Source: Armatimonadota bacterium (GTDB taxonomy: Bacteria; Armatimonadota; Hebobacteria; Hebobacterales; Hebobacteraceae). From it: DNA of 56,180 bases. The stretch lies in contig WFSF01000202.1 of assembly GCA_015486155.1 (NCBI GenBank), positions 1-56,180 on the forward strand, read 5' to 3'. The notes beneath the pieces are model-generated. The model did not search any database and was not told the DNA's origin. It saw only the letters and a program-made list of their open reading frames with translations. The translations under genes were made by a program, and so were the position numbers. Each line of letters starts with the position of its first letter. Positions within the stretch are counted from its first letter, which is position 1. This document shows positions 44,207 through 53,385 of the stretch, piece after piece.

Positions 44207-44706
44207 TTCAGGGCAGTGTTGTCTTGTCAGTCGGGCATGGGTGATCTACTTTGGTGGAGTAAAGAGCATCGAGGTGGCACTGAGGACCCGATGCCACCTC
44301 TCAGACATCTCATGCTTCTCTTATTTCAGACTGTTTGCTATAACGAAGAGCACTGACATCAAGAACAAGCCAACTGGTGTAAGCTGAGGTGATTCCGATA
44401 TGAAGTTGTTCTTCCTCTGCCAGTCCCAAGTAAGCGACACCGGACCAGCGGCGGGTGCAAGCTGATCATACGGTCACCTAGCATAGCGCCTTACAAACTC
44501 TAACCCTATCGAGAAGGCGGGATATAGCGGACATGTTAGGGAGCACGGTGCTGGTTGTGCAGTAACAATTGGTAAGAGTTACAGGCTCAGCGACCAGCAC
44601 TCCCAACCAAGCCGCATCCGCACCAACCGCACCCTCTCCCTGTAGCACCCACATATTGCCGGGGGCGCATTCTTGTCCATTGCGTTCCGCCGCTCATTGC
44701 GCTCAG

Positions 44707-45720
44707 GTGATTCTCACGCGCCCCCAGGCCCGCATCAAGATGGGATACTACCCGACGCCCCTGCCGGTAGTCGACAGAATCGCCTCCTTCCTTGAGTTTC
44801 CCGACGAGAACGTGACCCTGCTCGACCCGTGCTGCGGGGACGGGGCTGCCCTCAGCAGGCTGGCGCAGGGCCGGAACGCGGAGACCTACGGCATAGAGCT
44901 GGACCAGCACAGGGCAGGGCTCGCGAGGGAGGCGCTCGACCACGTGCTCGCGTGCGGATACGAGGATGCAAGGATCACCAACGCCGCGTTTTCCGGGCTC
45001 TTCCTGAACCCGCCTTATGACTGGGCAGAGGCCGGGGAGACAGAGCGCAGCGAGCGGAAGGAAGGACTGTTTCTGCGGGGGACGGCCCGTTATCTCAGGC
45101 CGGGCGGAGTCCTCGTTTACATAGTGCCCCAAACCCAGATGCGGAACGGCGTCGCGAGATTTCTGAGCTACCGCTTTCAGAACTTCAGCGCATTCAGGTT
45201 CCCAGGGGAGCACTACGACGAGTACCGGCAGATTGTGCTGTTCGGCGTTAAGAAGCGCAGGGGCGAACTGGCCGGGGATGACTTCGAACGCCTGCAGGCG
45301 ATCCCGCGGGAAACCCTGTCCGAGCTGCCCTGCCTGGACAGTCCGCGCTATTCCCTCCCGCCTGGGGGTGAGGTCAGGCTGTTCCGGTCCACCCTGATTG
45401 ACGAGGAAGAGCTGGAGCAGGAGCTGAGGGCCTCGCCTCTGTGGGAGCGGTTGAGATACGACAACAACAGCACCGGTAAGCTGGGCCGGCCCCCTCTGCC
45501 GTTGCACGCAGGGCACCTGGGTCTGCTGCTCGCGAGCGGCCAGCTGGACGGGGTTGTAGGCGACGGGGACGACCGCCATGTGGTCCGCGGCAAAGTGGAA
45601 AAGGTCGTCCACAGGTATCAGGAATATGAGGGGGAGAGGCGGGTGGAAATAGAGGTCGAGCGCTACCAGGTCTCCATCAAGCTGCTGAGACAAGACGGGC
45701 GGATAGTGACGCTGATGTGA
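44707..45720 (+). CDS. N6-adenine DNA methyltransferase (DUF6094-like class I MTase)
   Basis: KMGYYPTPLPVVDRI N-terminal signature, LDPCCGDGAAL (motif I), LFLNPPYD (motif IV). Start is either GTG 44707 or ATG 44740. The track ORF start at 44569 adds low-complexity sequence. Confidence 0.8.
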   Translation: MILTRPQARIKMGYYPTPLPVVDRIASFLEFPDENVTLLDPCCGDGAALSRLAQGRNAETYGIELDQHRAGLAREALDHVLACGYEDARITNAAFSGLFLNPPYDWAEAGETERSERKEGLFLRGTARYLRPGGVLVYIVPQTQMRNGVARFLSYRFQNFSAFRFPGEHYDEYRQIVLFGVKKRRGELAGDDFERLQAIPRETLSELPCLDSPRYSLPPGGEVRLFRSTLIDEEELEQELRASPLWERLRYDNNSTGKLGRPPLPLHAGHLGLLLASGQLDGVVGDGDDRHVVRGKVEKVVHRYQEYEGERRVEIEVERYQVSIKLLRQDGRIVTLM

Positions 45721-45724
45721 TGGC

Positions 45725-46273
45725 ATGCTGGAGAGAGTGCGGTACCGGGACCTGGCGCGGGGCATAGACGTGCATGCGTTCACGGACGGGTACGCCTACG
45801 ATGACTACGGCCGGGTTCATCTGCTCTCTGTTGCGGGCAGGGACAGCAATGTGAAGGCCGTCACGACCGCGCTGGTGAGCGGCTTCGAGGTCGAGGTGAT
45901 CTCTGGCGAATGGCTGGCCCTGCGCAAGGATTACGCCGAGCAGTACCGCGTCCTCAGCGCCAGACTGCCTTCGGGGCTGGTGCATCAGCTCGTGCTCTCG
46001 CATGGTTTTTTCGAGCGCGACGGCTTGCCGCGCAGGCTGGTGTATGCAGAGGACGAGGACGGCATAGCGCGGCTGGTCTACGAGACGGTGAGGGGCAGCT
46101 ACGCGGTCCCTCTCATCCCCGAATGGTCGGACTGGCTCTGCGAGAGAATGAGGAGAGAGGACATGCTGCGGCAGCTCTCCGGCACCCGCACGGTGGTGGA
46201 GATCAGCGCCGACGAGGAGCGGCTGGATGAGCTAATTTCGGCAGGGGTCATGAACGGAGAGATAAGGTTCTAA
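45725..46273 (+). CDS. Hypothetical protein between the methyltransferase and helicase
   Basis: 182-aa ORF starting 5 nt after the MTase stop. Codon usage matches its neighbours. No motifs recognised. Confidence 0.55.
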   Translation: MLERVRYRDLARGIDVHAFTDGYAYDDYGRVHLLSVAGRDSNVKAVTTALVSGFEVEVISGEWLALRKDYAEQYRVLSARLPSGLVHQLVLSHGFFERDGLPRRLVYAEDEDGIARLVYETVRGSYAVPLIPEWSDWLCERMRREDMLRQLSGTRTVVEISADEERLDELISAGVMNGEIRF

Positions 46274-46281
46274 GGGATGGC

Positions 46282-48366
46282 ATGCTCGACGGCATTCAGG
46301 ACATGGACGGTTACCTGCGCGCCTACGGGCCGGCGCTGGCGGAGCGGATCAAGGAACAGGCAAAGCCCCTTTTCTCCCCTGGCGATCCCTGGGACGACCG
46401 GCTCTACCGGCTGCTGAAGCGCCCGTACCAGGCCCAGGGCGACGCCATCATGGGCCTGTGCAGATTGCTCGACGACTACGATTCGGCCATTGTGGTCGGG
46501 GAGATGGGGTGCGGGAAGACGTTGATAGGGCTGGCGGTGCCCTACGTCCAGCATCCGCGGGACAGGCCGGCGAGGACGCTGGTGATGTGCCCCGGGCACC
46601 TGGTGAGGAAATGGCAAAGGGAGGCGAAGGAAACCATCCCGCATGCCGAGGCGAGAATCGTCAGACACCTCGGGGATGTGCTCGACCTGGACCGGGCCAG
46701 CCGGCCTGATGCCCCCGAGTACTTCATCGTCAGCAAGGACAGGGCCAAGCTCGGCTATGCCTGGAGGCCGGCCGTGGTCGAGAGCAGAGATATATATCAC
46801 TGTCCGACATGTCACGCCCCGGTTCTGGACAGGAACGGCGTTCCGGCGGACTACGGCTATCTCAGCCGGAACAAGCGCCGCTGCGGCCGGTGCGACGCGC
46901 CCCTGTGGGAGGCCGACAACACCCGTATCCGGCGCTACCCAATCGCGGAATACATCAAGAAGCACTTGCGCGGCTACTTTGATTTCCTGATCGCCGATGA
47001 GGTGCACGAGCTGAAGGGAGGGGATACGGCCCAGGGCAACGCCTTCGGCGCGCTGGCGAGCGCGTGCAGGAAGACGCTGGCGCTGACCGGGACCTTGCTG
47101 GGCGGCTACGCGGATGACGTGTTCTACGTGCTGTATCGGCTTTCCCCTCAGGCGATGCAGGAGGACGGGCTGGACTACCGGCAGGTCACGGGCTGGCTGG
47201 CGAGATACGGGGTGCTGGAAAAGGTGACCAAGTACTATCCCGCGGATAACGTGTTCTCCAAGGGAAAGAGAGGGCGCACGGTGGTCAGGAGAAAGCCAGG
47301 GGTCTCTCCGGCGGTGTTCTCCAGGCATTTGCTGGACAAGACCGTGTTTCTCTCGCTGGACGATGTCGCGCCCGACCTGCCTCCCATCTCGGAGGAAGTC
47401 ACGGGCGTCGAGATGGGCGAGGAGCTTGGGCATGCCTACGAGGCGCTGGAGGACGAATTGTCGTCAGCGGTGCGGGATGCGCTGGCCCAGGGGGACAAGA
47501 CGCTGCTGGGAACCTATGTCAACGCGTTGCTGAGCTATCCGGACAGGCCTTTCGACAACGCGCCCCTGGTGCATCCCCGCACGGGAGAGGTGATCGCGCA
47601 GCCTGCCGAGCTGCCGCGCGACCGGGTTTACCAGAAGGAACAGAAACTGCTGGAGCTGGTGCGGGAGAGCGTGTCCGAAGGCAGGAGGGTGTTCTGCTAT
47701 GCGCAGTACACCGGCATCCGGGACGTTACGGCCAGGCTGCAGGAGTTGCTGATGGACGAGGGCATCGAGGCGCAGGTGCTGCGCTACTCGGTGCCGCCGG
47801 AGAAGAGGGAGGAATGGCTGCGGAATCAGGTGGAGTCAGGAGCGCAGGTCGTGATTGCAAACCCGAAGCTGGTTCAGACGGGGCTGGACTTGTACGACTT
47901 CCCGACGCTGGCCTTCTACCAGACAGGATACTCCGTCTACTCGCTGCGGCAGGCCTCGAGGAGGTCGTGGAGGATAGGCCAGGACAAGGACGTCAGGGTT
48001 CATTATCTGTACTACCGCCCCACCATGCAGGAAAGGGCCATGCATCTCATGGGCTCAAAGCTGCAGGCCTCGCTTGCCGTCGAGGGCAAGTTCTCAGAAG
48101 AGGGTTTGCTCGCCATGACGCAGGGAGAGGACATGGCGACCGCGCTTGCGCGCGCTCTGGTGGACGGCTTGGAAGGCGAGGGAGTGGAGGAGATTTGGCA
48201 CAGCCTGAACAAGAAAAACCTTACAGGCGGACATGAGGGGACCAGGGGCGACGGGTTGCTGTTCTACATTGATCCCGTCGGGGCCGCAAAGCGGACGAAG
48301 AGGCGCAGCACGAGGCGCAAGAGGGCGGTGGATGCGGGGCAGATGGGGTTGTTTCCTGAGTTATAG
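46282..48366 (+). CDS. SNF2/DEAD-like superfamily-2 helicase with inserted Zn ribbon
   Basis: 694 aa. Motifs VVGEMGCGKT (I), LIADEVHELKG (II), LALTGTLLGG (III), QASRRSWRIGQ (VI). The insert is CPTCHAPV...CGRCDAPL. The C-terminal tail is basic. Confidence 0.85.
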   Translation: MLDGIQDMDGYLRAYGPALAERIKEQAKPLFSPGDPWDDRLYRLLKRPYQAQGDAIMGLCRLLDDYDSAIVVGEMGCGKTLIGLAVPYVQHPRDRPARTLVMCPGHLVRKWQREAKETIPHAEARIVRHLGDVLDLDRASRPDAPEYFIVSKDRAKLGYAWRPAVVESRDIYHCPTCHAPVLDRNGVPADYGYLSRNKRRCGRCDAPLWEADNTRIRRYPIAEYIKKHLRGYFDFLIADEVHELKGGDTAQGNAFGALASACRKTLALTGTLLGGYADDVFYVLYRLSPQAMQEDGLDYRQVTGWLARYGVLEKVTKYYPADNVFSKGKRGRTVVRRKPGVSPAVFSRHLLDKTVFLSLDDVAPDLPPISEEVTGVEMGEELGHAYEALEDELSSAVRDALAQGDKTLLGTYVNALLSYPDRPFDNAPLVHPRTGEVIAQPAELPRDRVYQKEQKLLELVRESVSEGRRVFCYAQYTGIRDVTARLQELLMDEGIEAQVLRYSVPPEKREEWLRNQVESGAQVVIANPKLVQTGLDLYDFPTLAFYQTGYSVYSLRQASRRSWRIGQDKDVRVHYLYYRPTMQERAMHLMGSKLQASLAVEGKFSEEGLLAMTQGEDMATALARALVDGLEGEGVEEIWHSLNKKNLTGGHEGTRGDGLLFYIDPVGAAKRTKRRSTRRKRAVDAGQMGLFPEL

Positions 48367-48462
48367 ACGAGAGATTCGGACGTCTCCGGGAAGCGTGCCG
48401 AATCACGCTCTTATGTTCTGCTAGGCGATGGCACACAGACCAGTGCGGGAAAGCCGAGAGGG

Positions 48463-50103
48463 ATGATGGAACGCAACGGGGGGCCGGGTCGAAAAATAGT
48501 AGCCGTGTGCATCGGCGTGAATAGCTACGAGTGCCGGGAGTTGGCCCCTCTGGAGAATGCGGTGGCCGATGCAGAGAGCATTGCGACCGCCATCGAACAA
48601 ACGCAGGGAACGAAAGGCTGCGTCATCTTCAGATTGTTTTCCGACGCAGACAGCCCGGGGCACCCGACGAAGAAACAGATTCTCCGCACGCTGCGAGAAG
48701 CGCGCTCAACAACGGACCCCGAGGACACGGTGCTGGTCTTTTTTGCGGGTCACGGCAGGACCGTGGACGGCCGTCCGGCGTTGATACCGCAGGACGGAAA
48801 TCCGTTCGCAGAACAGCCGTTGGAATCCTTGCTTTCCGTCGAGGAGATATGGTCGGTCTTCCGGGGATGCCCAGCTCGTTATCGGATAATGCTACTGGAT
48901 GCGTGCGGTGTCGGGATTCCCGCGCGAGACAAAGCAGGTCTGGCGGGAGCCCGAAACGCTGGCGAAGCCGGACGCTGGCGCGCCCGGGGGGCTGTCTCGG
49001 CGGAGTTCGTGGAGGGGATTGCTGCCGAGGCGTCAGGCTGGGTTGTGGTCACGGCATGCGGGGCCGGACAGGTGTCGCTGGAGGAGGACGACCATGGCCT
49101 GTTTTCCTACTATGTCGCGGCGGGGCTAAGAGGACAGGCCGACCTGGACCGCGACGGTGTAGTGGACATGGCCGAGCTTGTCCAGTATGTGGCGAAGCAG
49201 GTGCCGGCTGCCGCTGAGTCTGCTGCCGGCCTGCTGCAGGAGCCGAGTGTCATCTGGCGGGGCCCGGCAAGCATTCCATTGACGAGGCTGGGAGGCGTGC
49301 CCAATGATCCGCGGCCCGTCCAGCAACAAAGGACCTCGTGGCCTGGCCCTGGTTTTCCGCGGCTTTGGCTCCGCAAGATGCGGCGCGGCTGGCGCATGGA
49401 AGGCATTCGGGCGCGCTCTTTCCTGGTGCTCGGAATTGGCCTGCTGTTCGGAGCTGTGGTAAGCCTTGAGGCCCTCATATTCACCCCCACTGCGCAGTCA
49501 CTGAAATGGACCGTGTTCGCGGTGGCGCTGGGCATTGCGAGCCTTGCGGTATGGTGGGCTGTGCTTTCCCTGGCGGTGGCCGCATGCGAGGCAAAATGGC
49601 ACGGTGGGGGCTACGTAACCGCAACGGTGTTGGCGGTCTGGCACTTGGTGATATTCGCTCTGGTGTCCCGTCACGCAGCAGCGCCAGGTTCGCGGAACAT
49701 TCTGGCGATTGACCTGTTCGCGATTGCGTCCGTGATGATAGCGCTCGGGTTGAATGCGTTCCAGTTTGTTGTGGCGGTAGCGGATCTTCTCGCGCGGGGA
49801 GAGCGTATTCCGGCGCACACCGGCCTGAGGGAGCTCGAACGCAAGTGGCTGCACGCCAGGATTCCCAATCTCATCGCCATGCAATCAATTCATCCCCTGG
49901 CCTATTTCCTGCTGTTTGGACTGGGAGGGGGAGCGCTGCTGCTGGTCCACATGGCTCGCCTGCTCTGGTCGCCGGACCTGGACTCACAGGCGTGGTTCGG
50001 GGCGCTGCGGGATTTGGCACTGCTGCTATTGATCTGGTCGCAGGCCGCGTGGTATCAGGCAGCATACCGCTTCTTGTCGGGAGAGGCGAGACCGCAGGTG
50101 TGA
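48463..50103 (+). CDS. Caspase-like (peptidase C14) domain protein with C-terminal polytopic membrane region
   Basis: IVAVCIGVNSY..., catalytic His context VLVFFAGHG, catalytic Cys context IMLLDACGVG. The last roughly 240 aa contain at least 5 hydrophobic helices (FLVLGIGLLFGAVV, VFAVALGIASLAVWWAVLSLAVAA and others). Confidence 0.8.
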   Translation: MMERNGGPGRKIVAVCIGVNSYECRELAPLENAVADAESIATAIEQTQGTKGCVIFRLFSDADSPGHPTKKQILRTLREARSTTDPEDTVLVFFAGHGRTVDGRPALIPQDGNPFAEQPLESLLSVEEIWSVFRGCPARYRIMLLDACGVGIPARDKAGLAGARNAGEAGRWRARGAVSAEFVEGIAAEASGWVVVTACGAGQVSLEEDDHGLFSYYVAAGLRGQADLDRDGVVDMAELVQYVAKQVPAAAESAAGLLQEPSVIWRGPASIPLTRLGGVPNDPRPVQQQRTSWPGPGFPRLWLRKMRRGWRMEGIRARSFLVLGIGLLFGAVVSLEALIFTPTAQSLKWTVFAVALGIASLAVWWAVLSLAVAACEAKWHGGGYVTATVLAVWHLVIFALVSRHAAAPGSRNILAIDLFAIASVMIALGLNAFQFVVAVADLLARGERIPAHTGLRELERKWLHARIPNLIAMQSIHPLAYFLLFGLGGGALLLVHMARLLWSPDLDSQAWFGALRDLALLLLIWSQAAWYQAAYRFLSGEARPQV

Positions 50104-50104
50104 G

Positions 50105-50662
50105 ATGAGCGAAATGCAGGACAGGCAGGTGCCGTGGAAACAGAGGCCGCTGCTCTACTGGGGCATCACCGCTGCTGGCACCGCTGGGTTCTGTGTCTAT
50201 TCAAGGTCTTGGCAGGACCTTGTTCACGCCATCTATGACCTTACAGCTGGGGTGGCGGTATTCTCGTTTGTGGCGCAAGTCGCGGTGGAGCAGTTGACCG
50301 GTCAGGGCGGCAGATTGAGGGCAGTCCGCGCATGGCTTCTGTTGCCTGTAGCCCTGTTTCCCGCAGGGCGCGAATTCCTGGGATGGAAGTTTTCCGGACA
50401 CCTCACTGACTCTTTGCTTGTGGCGGGGGTGCAGACCGCTGAAAGCACCCTGCCTTACTGGCTTCGGGCCTTGTATTGGGCGGTGGTCGCTGTCGCGGTT
50501 TCCCTGCGCTGGACGGTTTTCGATGCGGGCGGTCACGGAGAGACGTACGCGGCGATAGCCATCGCTGGGGTGAGCCTCGGAATTGCCGCCGTGCTGAGTC
50601 GCGCGTTCAGAGATAAGCCCCGCACGACGCACTCCGGCACGGGTCGCGGGAGCACTTACTAG
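50105..50662 (+). CDS. Membrane protein, unknown function
   Basis: 185 aa, starting 2 nt after the caspase gene stop. 4-5 hydrophobic helices. Confidence 0.6.
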   Translation: MSEMQDRQVPWKQRPLLYWGITAAGTAGFCVYSRSWQDLVHAIYDLTAGVAVFSFVAQVAVEQLTGQGGRLRAVRAWLLLPVALFPAGREFLGWKFSGHLTDSLLVAGVQTAESTLPYWLRALYWAVVAVAVSLRWTVFDAGGHGETYAAIAIAGVSLGIAAVLSRAFRDKPRTTHSGTGRGSTY

Positions 50663-50690
50663 AACAAACCAGCAACAAGGAGCAATCGGC

Positions 50691-51548
50691 ATGCCAGAAT
50701 TGATGGAATGGTTGCGGGAGAGGGCCAGCCAGGTCATTGCGCAGTGCTATCCCGAAGAGCTCCCGCTGTTCGAACGCTTCTGGCCTGCCCTGTCAGACGA
50801 GATCCTTCGCTGGAAAGGGAAACCTCCCGGCGGGAGAGCGCTGGGGAGGTATCGGAGGCGCGCCCGCTCTCTGCTGGGCCCCGATATCCGTCTTCGGGGA
50901 CCGCGGGTAATGATTCCGACGGTGGTGGGGATTCTAGTGGCCTCAGTCCTGGAGCTGGTGAGTAAGGAGTGCCGGGACTGGGATGAAATTCAAAGGGTTG
51001 TGAACCGACAAGCGCTGCAGTTTGGCCTTGGAGAAACTGATCCGGCACGCGGGCAGGAGGTGGCAACTGCGATCGCGCGGCTGGTCTACGCCCAGATGCA
51101 GGAACTGGAAGGAGTCAGGGCCGAGCCATTGGCGGGAGTCAGCGGCGCGTTCGTGCTGATCACGCCCACCGGAAGGAAGCCAGTGGCGGAGCGCGAATTG
51201 CAGAAGGCAAGAGAACAAAGTCGTCGCCGGTGCCGCGTCTTCGCTGATCTGACGCAGCAGAAACTCTACGTGGACGGGCGAATCGTGGAAATCCAGCGGA
51301 CGCCTCTGCAATGTCTGACGTGGCTCATGACGCATGAGGGCCGTATATGCACGTATGACGAGTTATGGAAAAGGTGTAGTCGGGCGGCCGATGCTCCTGG
51401 CGCGTCGGCCTCAAGGACGGCGGTGCGTCAATGGGTCTCCAAGATTCTGCAGGCCTGCGGGTGGAAACGCGGATATCCCATCAAGAACCACAAGTACATA
51501 GGATACAGCTGGATTGCCGACTGGGATTACGCCGTGCTCAGGCCCTAG
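50691..51548 (+). CDS. Protein with C-terminal OmpR/PhoB-type winged-helix DNA-binding domain
   Basis: 285 aa with an AAGGAG SD. The C-terminus, LYVDGRIVEIQRTPLQCLTWLMTHEGRICTYDELW...VRQWVSKILQ...NHKYIGYSW, follows the trans_reg_C pattern. No receiver domain. Confidence 0.65.
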   Translation: MPELMEWLRERASQVIAQCYPEELPLFERFWPALSDEILRWKGKPPGGRALGRYRRRARSLLGPDIRLRGPRVMIPTVVGILVASVLELVSKECRDWDEIQRVVNRQALQFGLGETDPARGQEVATAIARLVYAQMQELEGVRAEPLAGVSGAFVLITPTGRKPVAERELQKAREQSRRRCRVFADLTQQKLYVDGRIVEIQRTPLQCLTWLMTHEGRICTYDELWKRCSRAADAPGASASRTAVRQWVSKILQACGWKRGYPIKNHKYIGYSWIADWDYAVLRP

Positions 51549-52255
51549 TAAGAAGGCGGCGGGGGCGGGACATATCTCCCTGCTGAATCAAGTATGTGGT
51601 ACTTGTACAGGTATTCCTGATGCTCGTGGAACATGTCCCTGTGCAAGCGGAGTAACTCCGACCAGGTGTCGAGAAAATTACCCGGGTCCTTGTAGGCGTC
51701 CAGATCTTTGATTTCAAAGTGAAGGGCGTCAATCCAATGCTGGCAACACTCGGGAAAGCATTCACACGCCTTGTCCCCCTGTGCTCGATAAGCGAAGACA
51801 TTGCTGATGTATCGATGGCGTCCCCGCCTCCGGTCGTTTTCGTATTCAGGAATCAATTTGAGCGTTTTCCCGGAGAACTTGTCCCGCCAGGAAGGTCGTT
51901 CTAAGCTGCGCCGATTGGTAGGACCTGAGGTGTAGTCCCAATAAAAGCAGCGCGCAGGATCCCCGCAGTCCCAGGGCGGCTTCTTGCGGTTTATGTACGG
52001 GCACCATCCGTGCCGAAGCCCTCGGACGGCAGCGGCGAAAGCGGACAAGAGATGACTCTCCTGACATGGCTCCGAGGAGCGGATGTGCGGCCGAATTCTC
52101 CCGTAATACACCGTGGCGGGGATTAGCCCGTCATCCCGCTCGGTAATCCGCTGATTCCATAGATCGAGCTGGGAAAACACCTCGAACTCCGGGGCGAATC
52201 CGTCAATCAGCACTAGATACACGTCTTCAAACTCGACTTCGTACCACCACACCAT
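51545..52255 (-). CDS. Hypothetical Trp/Cys/His-rich protein
   Basis: 236-aa ORF on the opposite strand to all its neighbours. G+C is visibly lower. No family recognised. Confidence 0.55.
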   Translation of the reverse strand: MVWWYEVEFEDVYLVLIDGFAPEFEVFSQLDLWNQRITERDDGLIPATVYYGRIRPHIRSSEPCQESHLLSAFAAAVRGLRHGWCPYINRKKPPWDCGDPARCFYWDYTSGPTNRRSLERPSWRDKFSGKTLKLIPEYENDRRRGRHRYISNVFAYRAQGDKACECFPECCQHWIDALHFEIKDLDAYKDPGNFLDTWSELLRLHRDMFHEHQEYLYKYHILDSAGRYVPPPPPSY

Positions 52256-52422
52256 ATGGAGGTGCTGGTGCGAAGTTTTTTATTTCTTTCCCCTCCGAAA
52301 AATCACAGCAGAAATATCTCGGAGAGACATACGGGTCACACGCGCGTGTTGTGCTATTCGCACGGGCAGTCGCAACGCAAATACAGCGGCCCGCCACGCA
52401 ATGCGAGAGAGGAGACGCGAAG

Positions 52423-52644
52423 ATGGCCCATGACGAGCTGCGAACACAGATCCGAGAGCTGGGGAGGCTGGTGAATTCAGTCGCCACCGTGCTGGCCACA
52501 CTCATTGAGAGACTTGACGCACATGGCCTTGTGAGCCGCCGGGAGATACTCGATGCCATTGAGCGCCCAAGCCCCGACCACAGGGACAGGCCAGGCCGGT
52601 CGCTGTCTTGTCCTGCGGGCACGGGCGAGGAGTGGATCAATTGA
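52423..52644 (+). CDS. Small helical protein
   Basis: MAHDELRTQIRELGRLVNSVATVLATLIERLDAHGLVSRREILDAI..., with a GAGAGGAGA SD upstream. The earlier start in the track ORF is less plausible. Confidence 0.45.
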   Translation: MAHDELRTQIRELGRLVNSVATVLATLIERLDAHGLVSRREILDAIERPSPDHRDRPGRSLSCPAGTGEEWIN

Positions 52645-52679
52645 CCAGCAGAATGCCCGGGACGCGGAACGGAGGCGTA

Positions 52680-53381
52680 ATGATGCGGGGATCGCTGCTG
52701 ATCGTAGGAGTGTTGGCATGTTTCCTGTGCGCCGGATGCAACCGCCTTCCGTCAGCGCACAAAACCGGGGAAAGTCCGCAGAAGCCTCTTGATGTGCTTG
52801 TTTTGCTGGACGATTCGGGCTCCTTTGTCCACAGGTCGGAGGCGGTAGACTCCCTGCTCGTTCCGGCCATTGAGCAGCTGCAGGGCGGCGATCGTTTGGT
52901 TTGCAGAGCCATTGGGGCCAATTCGATGCGCGCCGAAGATCTGGTGAACATACGCCTGCCATCGAGCGACAGGCCATTCGACGTGCAATCGGTGAGAGCA
53001 GCCCGGCAGGTCAGGGCGGACGCGGAGGCGAGGCTCCGGGCTTTCGCGCAGCGCCAGCAGAAAGCGCCGCGCACCGACATCGTGGGGGCGATTGCGAGCA
53101 TCACTCAGGTCTCCAGGCGGCCGGGCGCGCAAAGGCTGTTGCTGATCGCCAGCGACCTGCACGACACCGGAGGCGGCCTGGACCGCATGCGCGGCGTGGA
53201 CCTCGGAGGCACGCGGGTCGTCGTCGTCTTCTGCGAGCAGGACGAGTCGCTCGCCGAGTACCAGCACCGGGTCGAGGTCTGGCGCAAGGCGTTCGAGCAG
53301 GCGGGCGCGGTGTCCGTGCGCATCTACAACCCCACCGCGTCGCGTGCGCTGGAGCCGGCCGAGCTGCTCGGAAGGGAGTAA
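52680..53381 (+). CDS. von Willebrand factor A (vWA) domain lipoprotein
   Basis: GGAGG lies 4 nt before ATG 52680. The signal peptide with lipobox is MMRGSLLIVGVLACFLCAG-C. The MIDAS motif is DVLVLLDDSGSF, followed by the later LLLIASDLHDTGG. Confidence 0.75.
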   Translation: MMRGSLLIVGVLACFLCAGCNRLPSAHKTGESPQKPLDVLVLLDDSGSFVHRSEAVDSLLVPAIEQLQGGDRLVCRAIGANSMRAEDLVNIRLPSSDRPFDVQSVRAARQVRADAEARLRAFAQRQQKAPRTDIVGAIASITQVSRRPGAQRLLLIASDLHDTGGGLDRMRGVDLGGTRVVVVFCEQDESLAEYQHRVEVWRKAFEQAGAVSVRIYNPTASRALEPAELLGRE

Positions 53382-53385
53382 GCTG

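Noticed and set aside
44271-44300. 9-bp stem hairpin (GAGGTGGCA...TGCCACCTC) in the 44.2-44.7 kb gap, considered as a functional RNA or terminator
   Set aside because: It is isolated, has a 12-nt loop, no U-tract and no adjacent gene end. The evidence is insufficient for any call.
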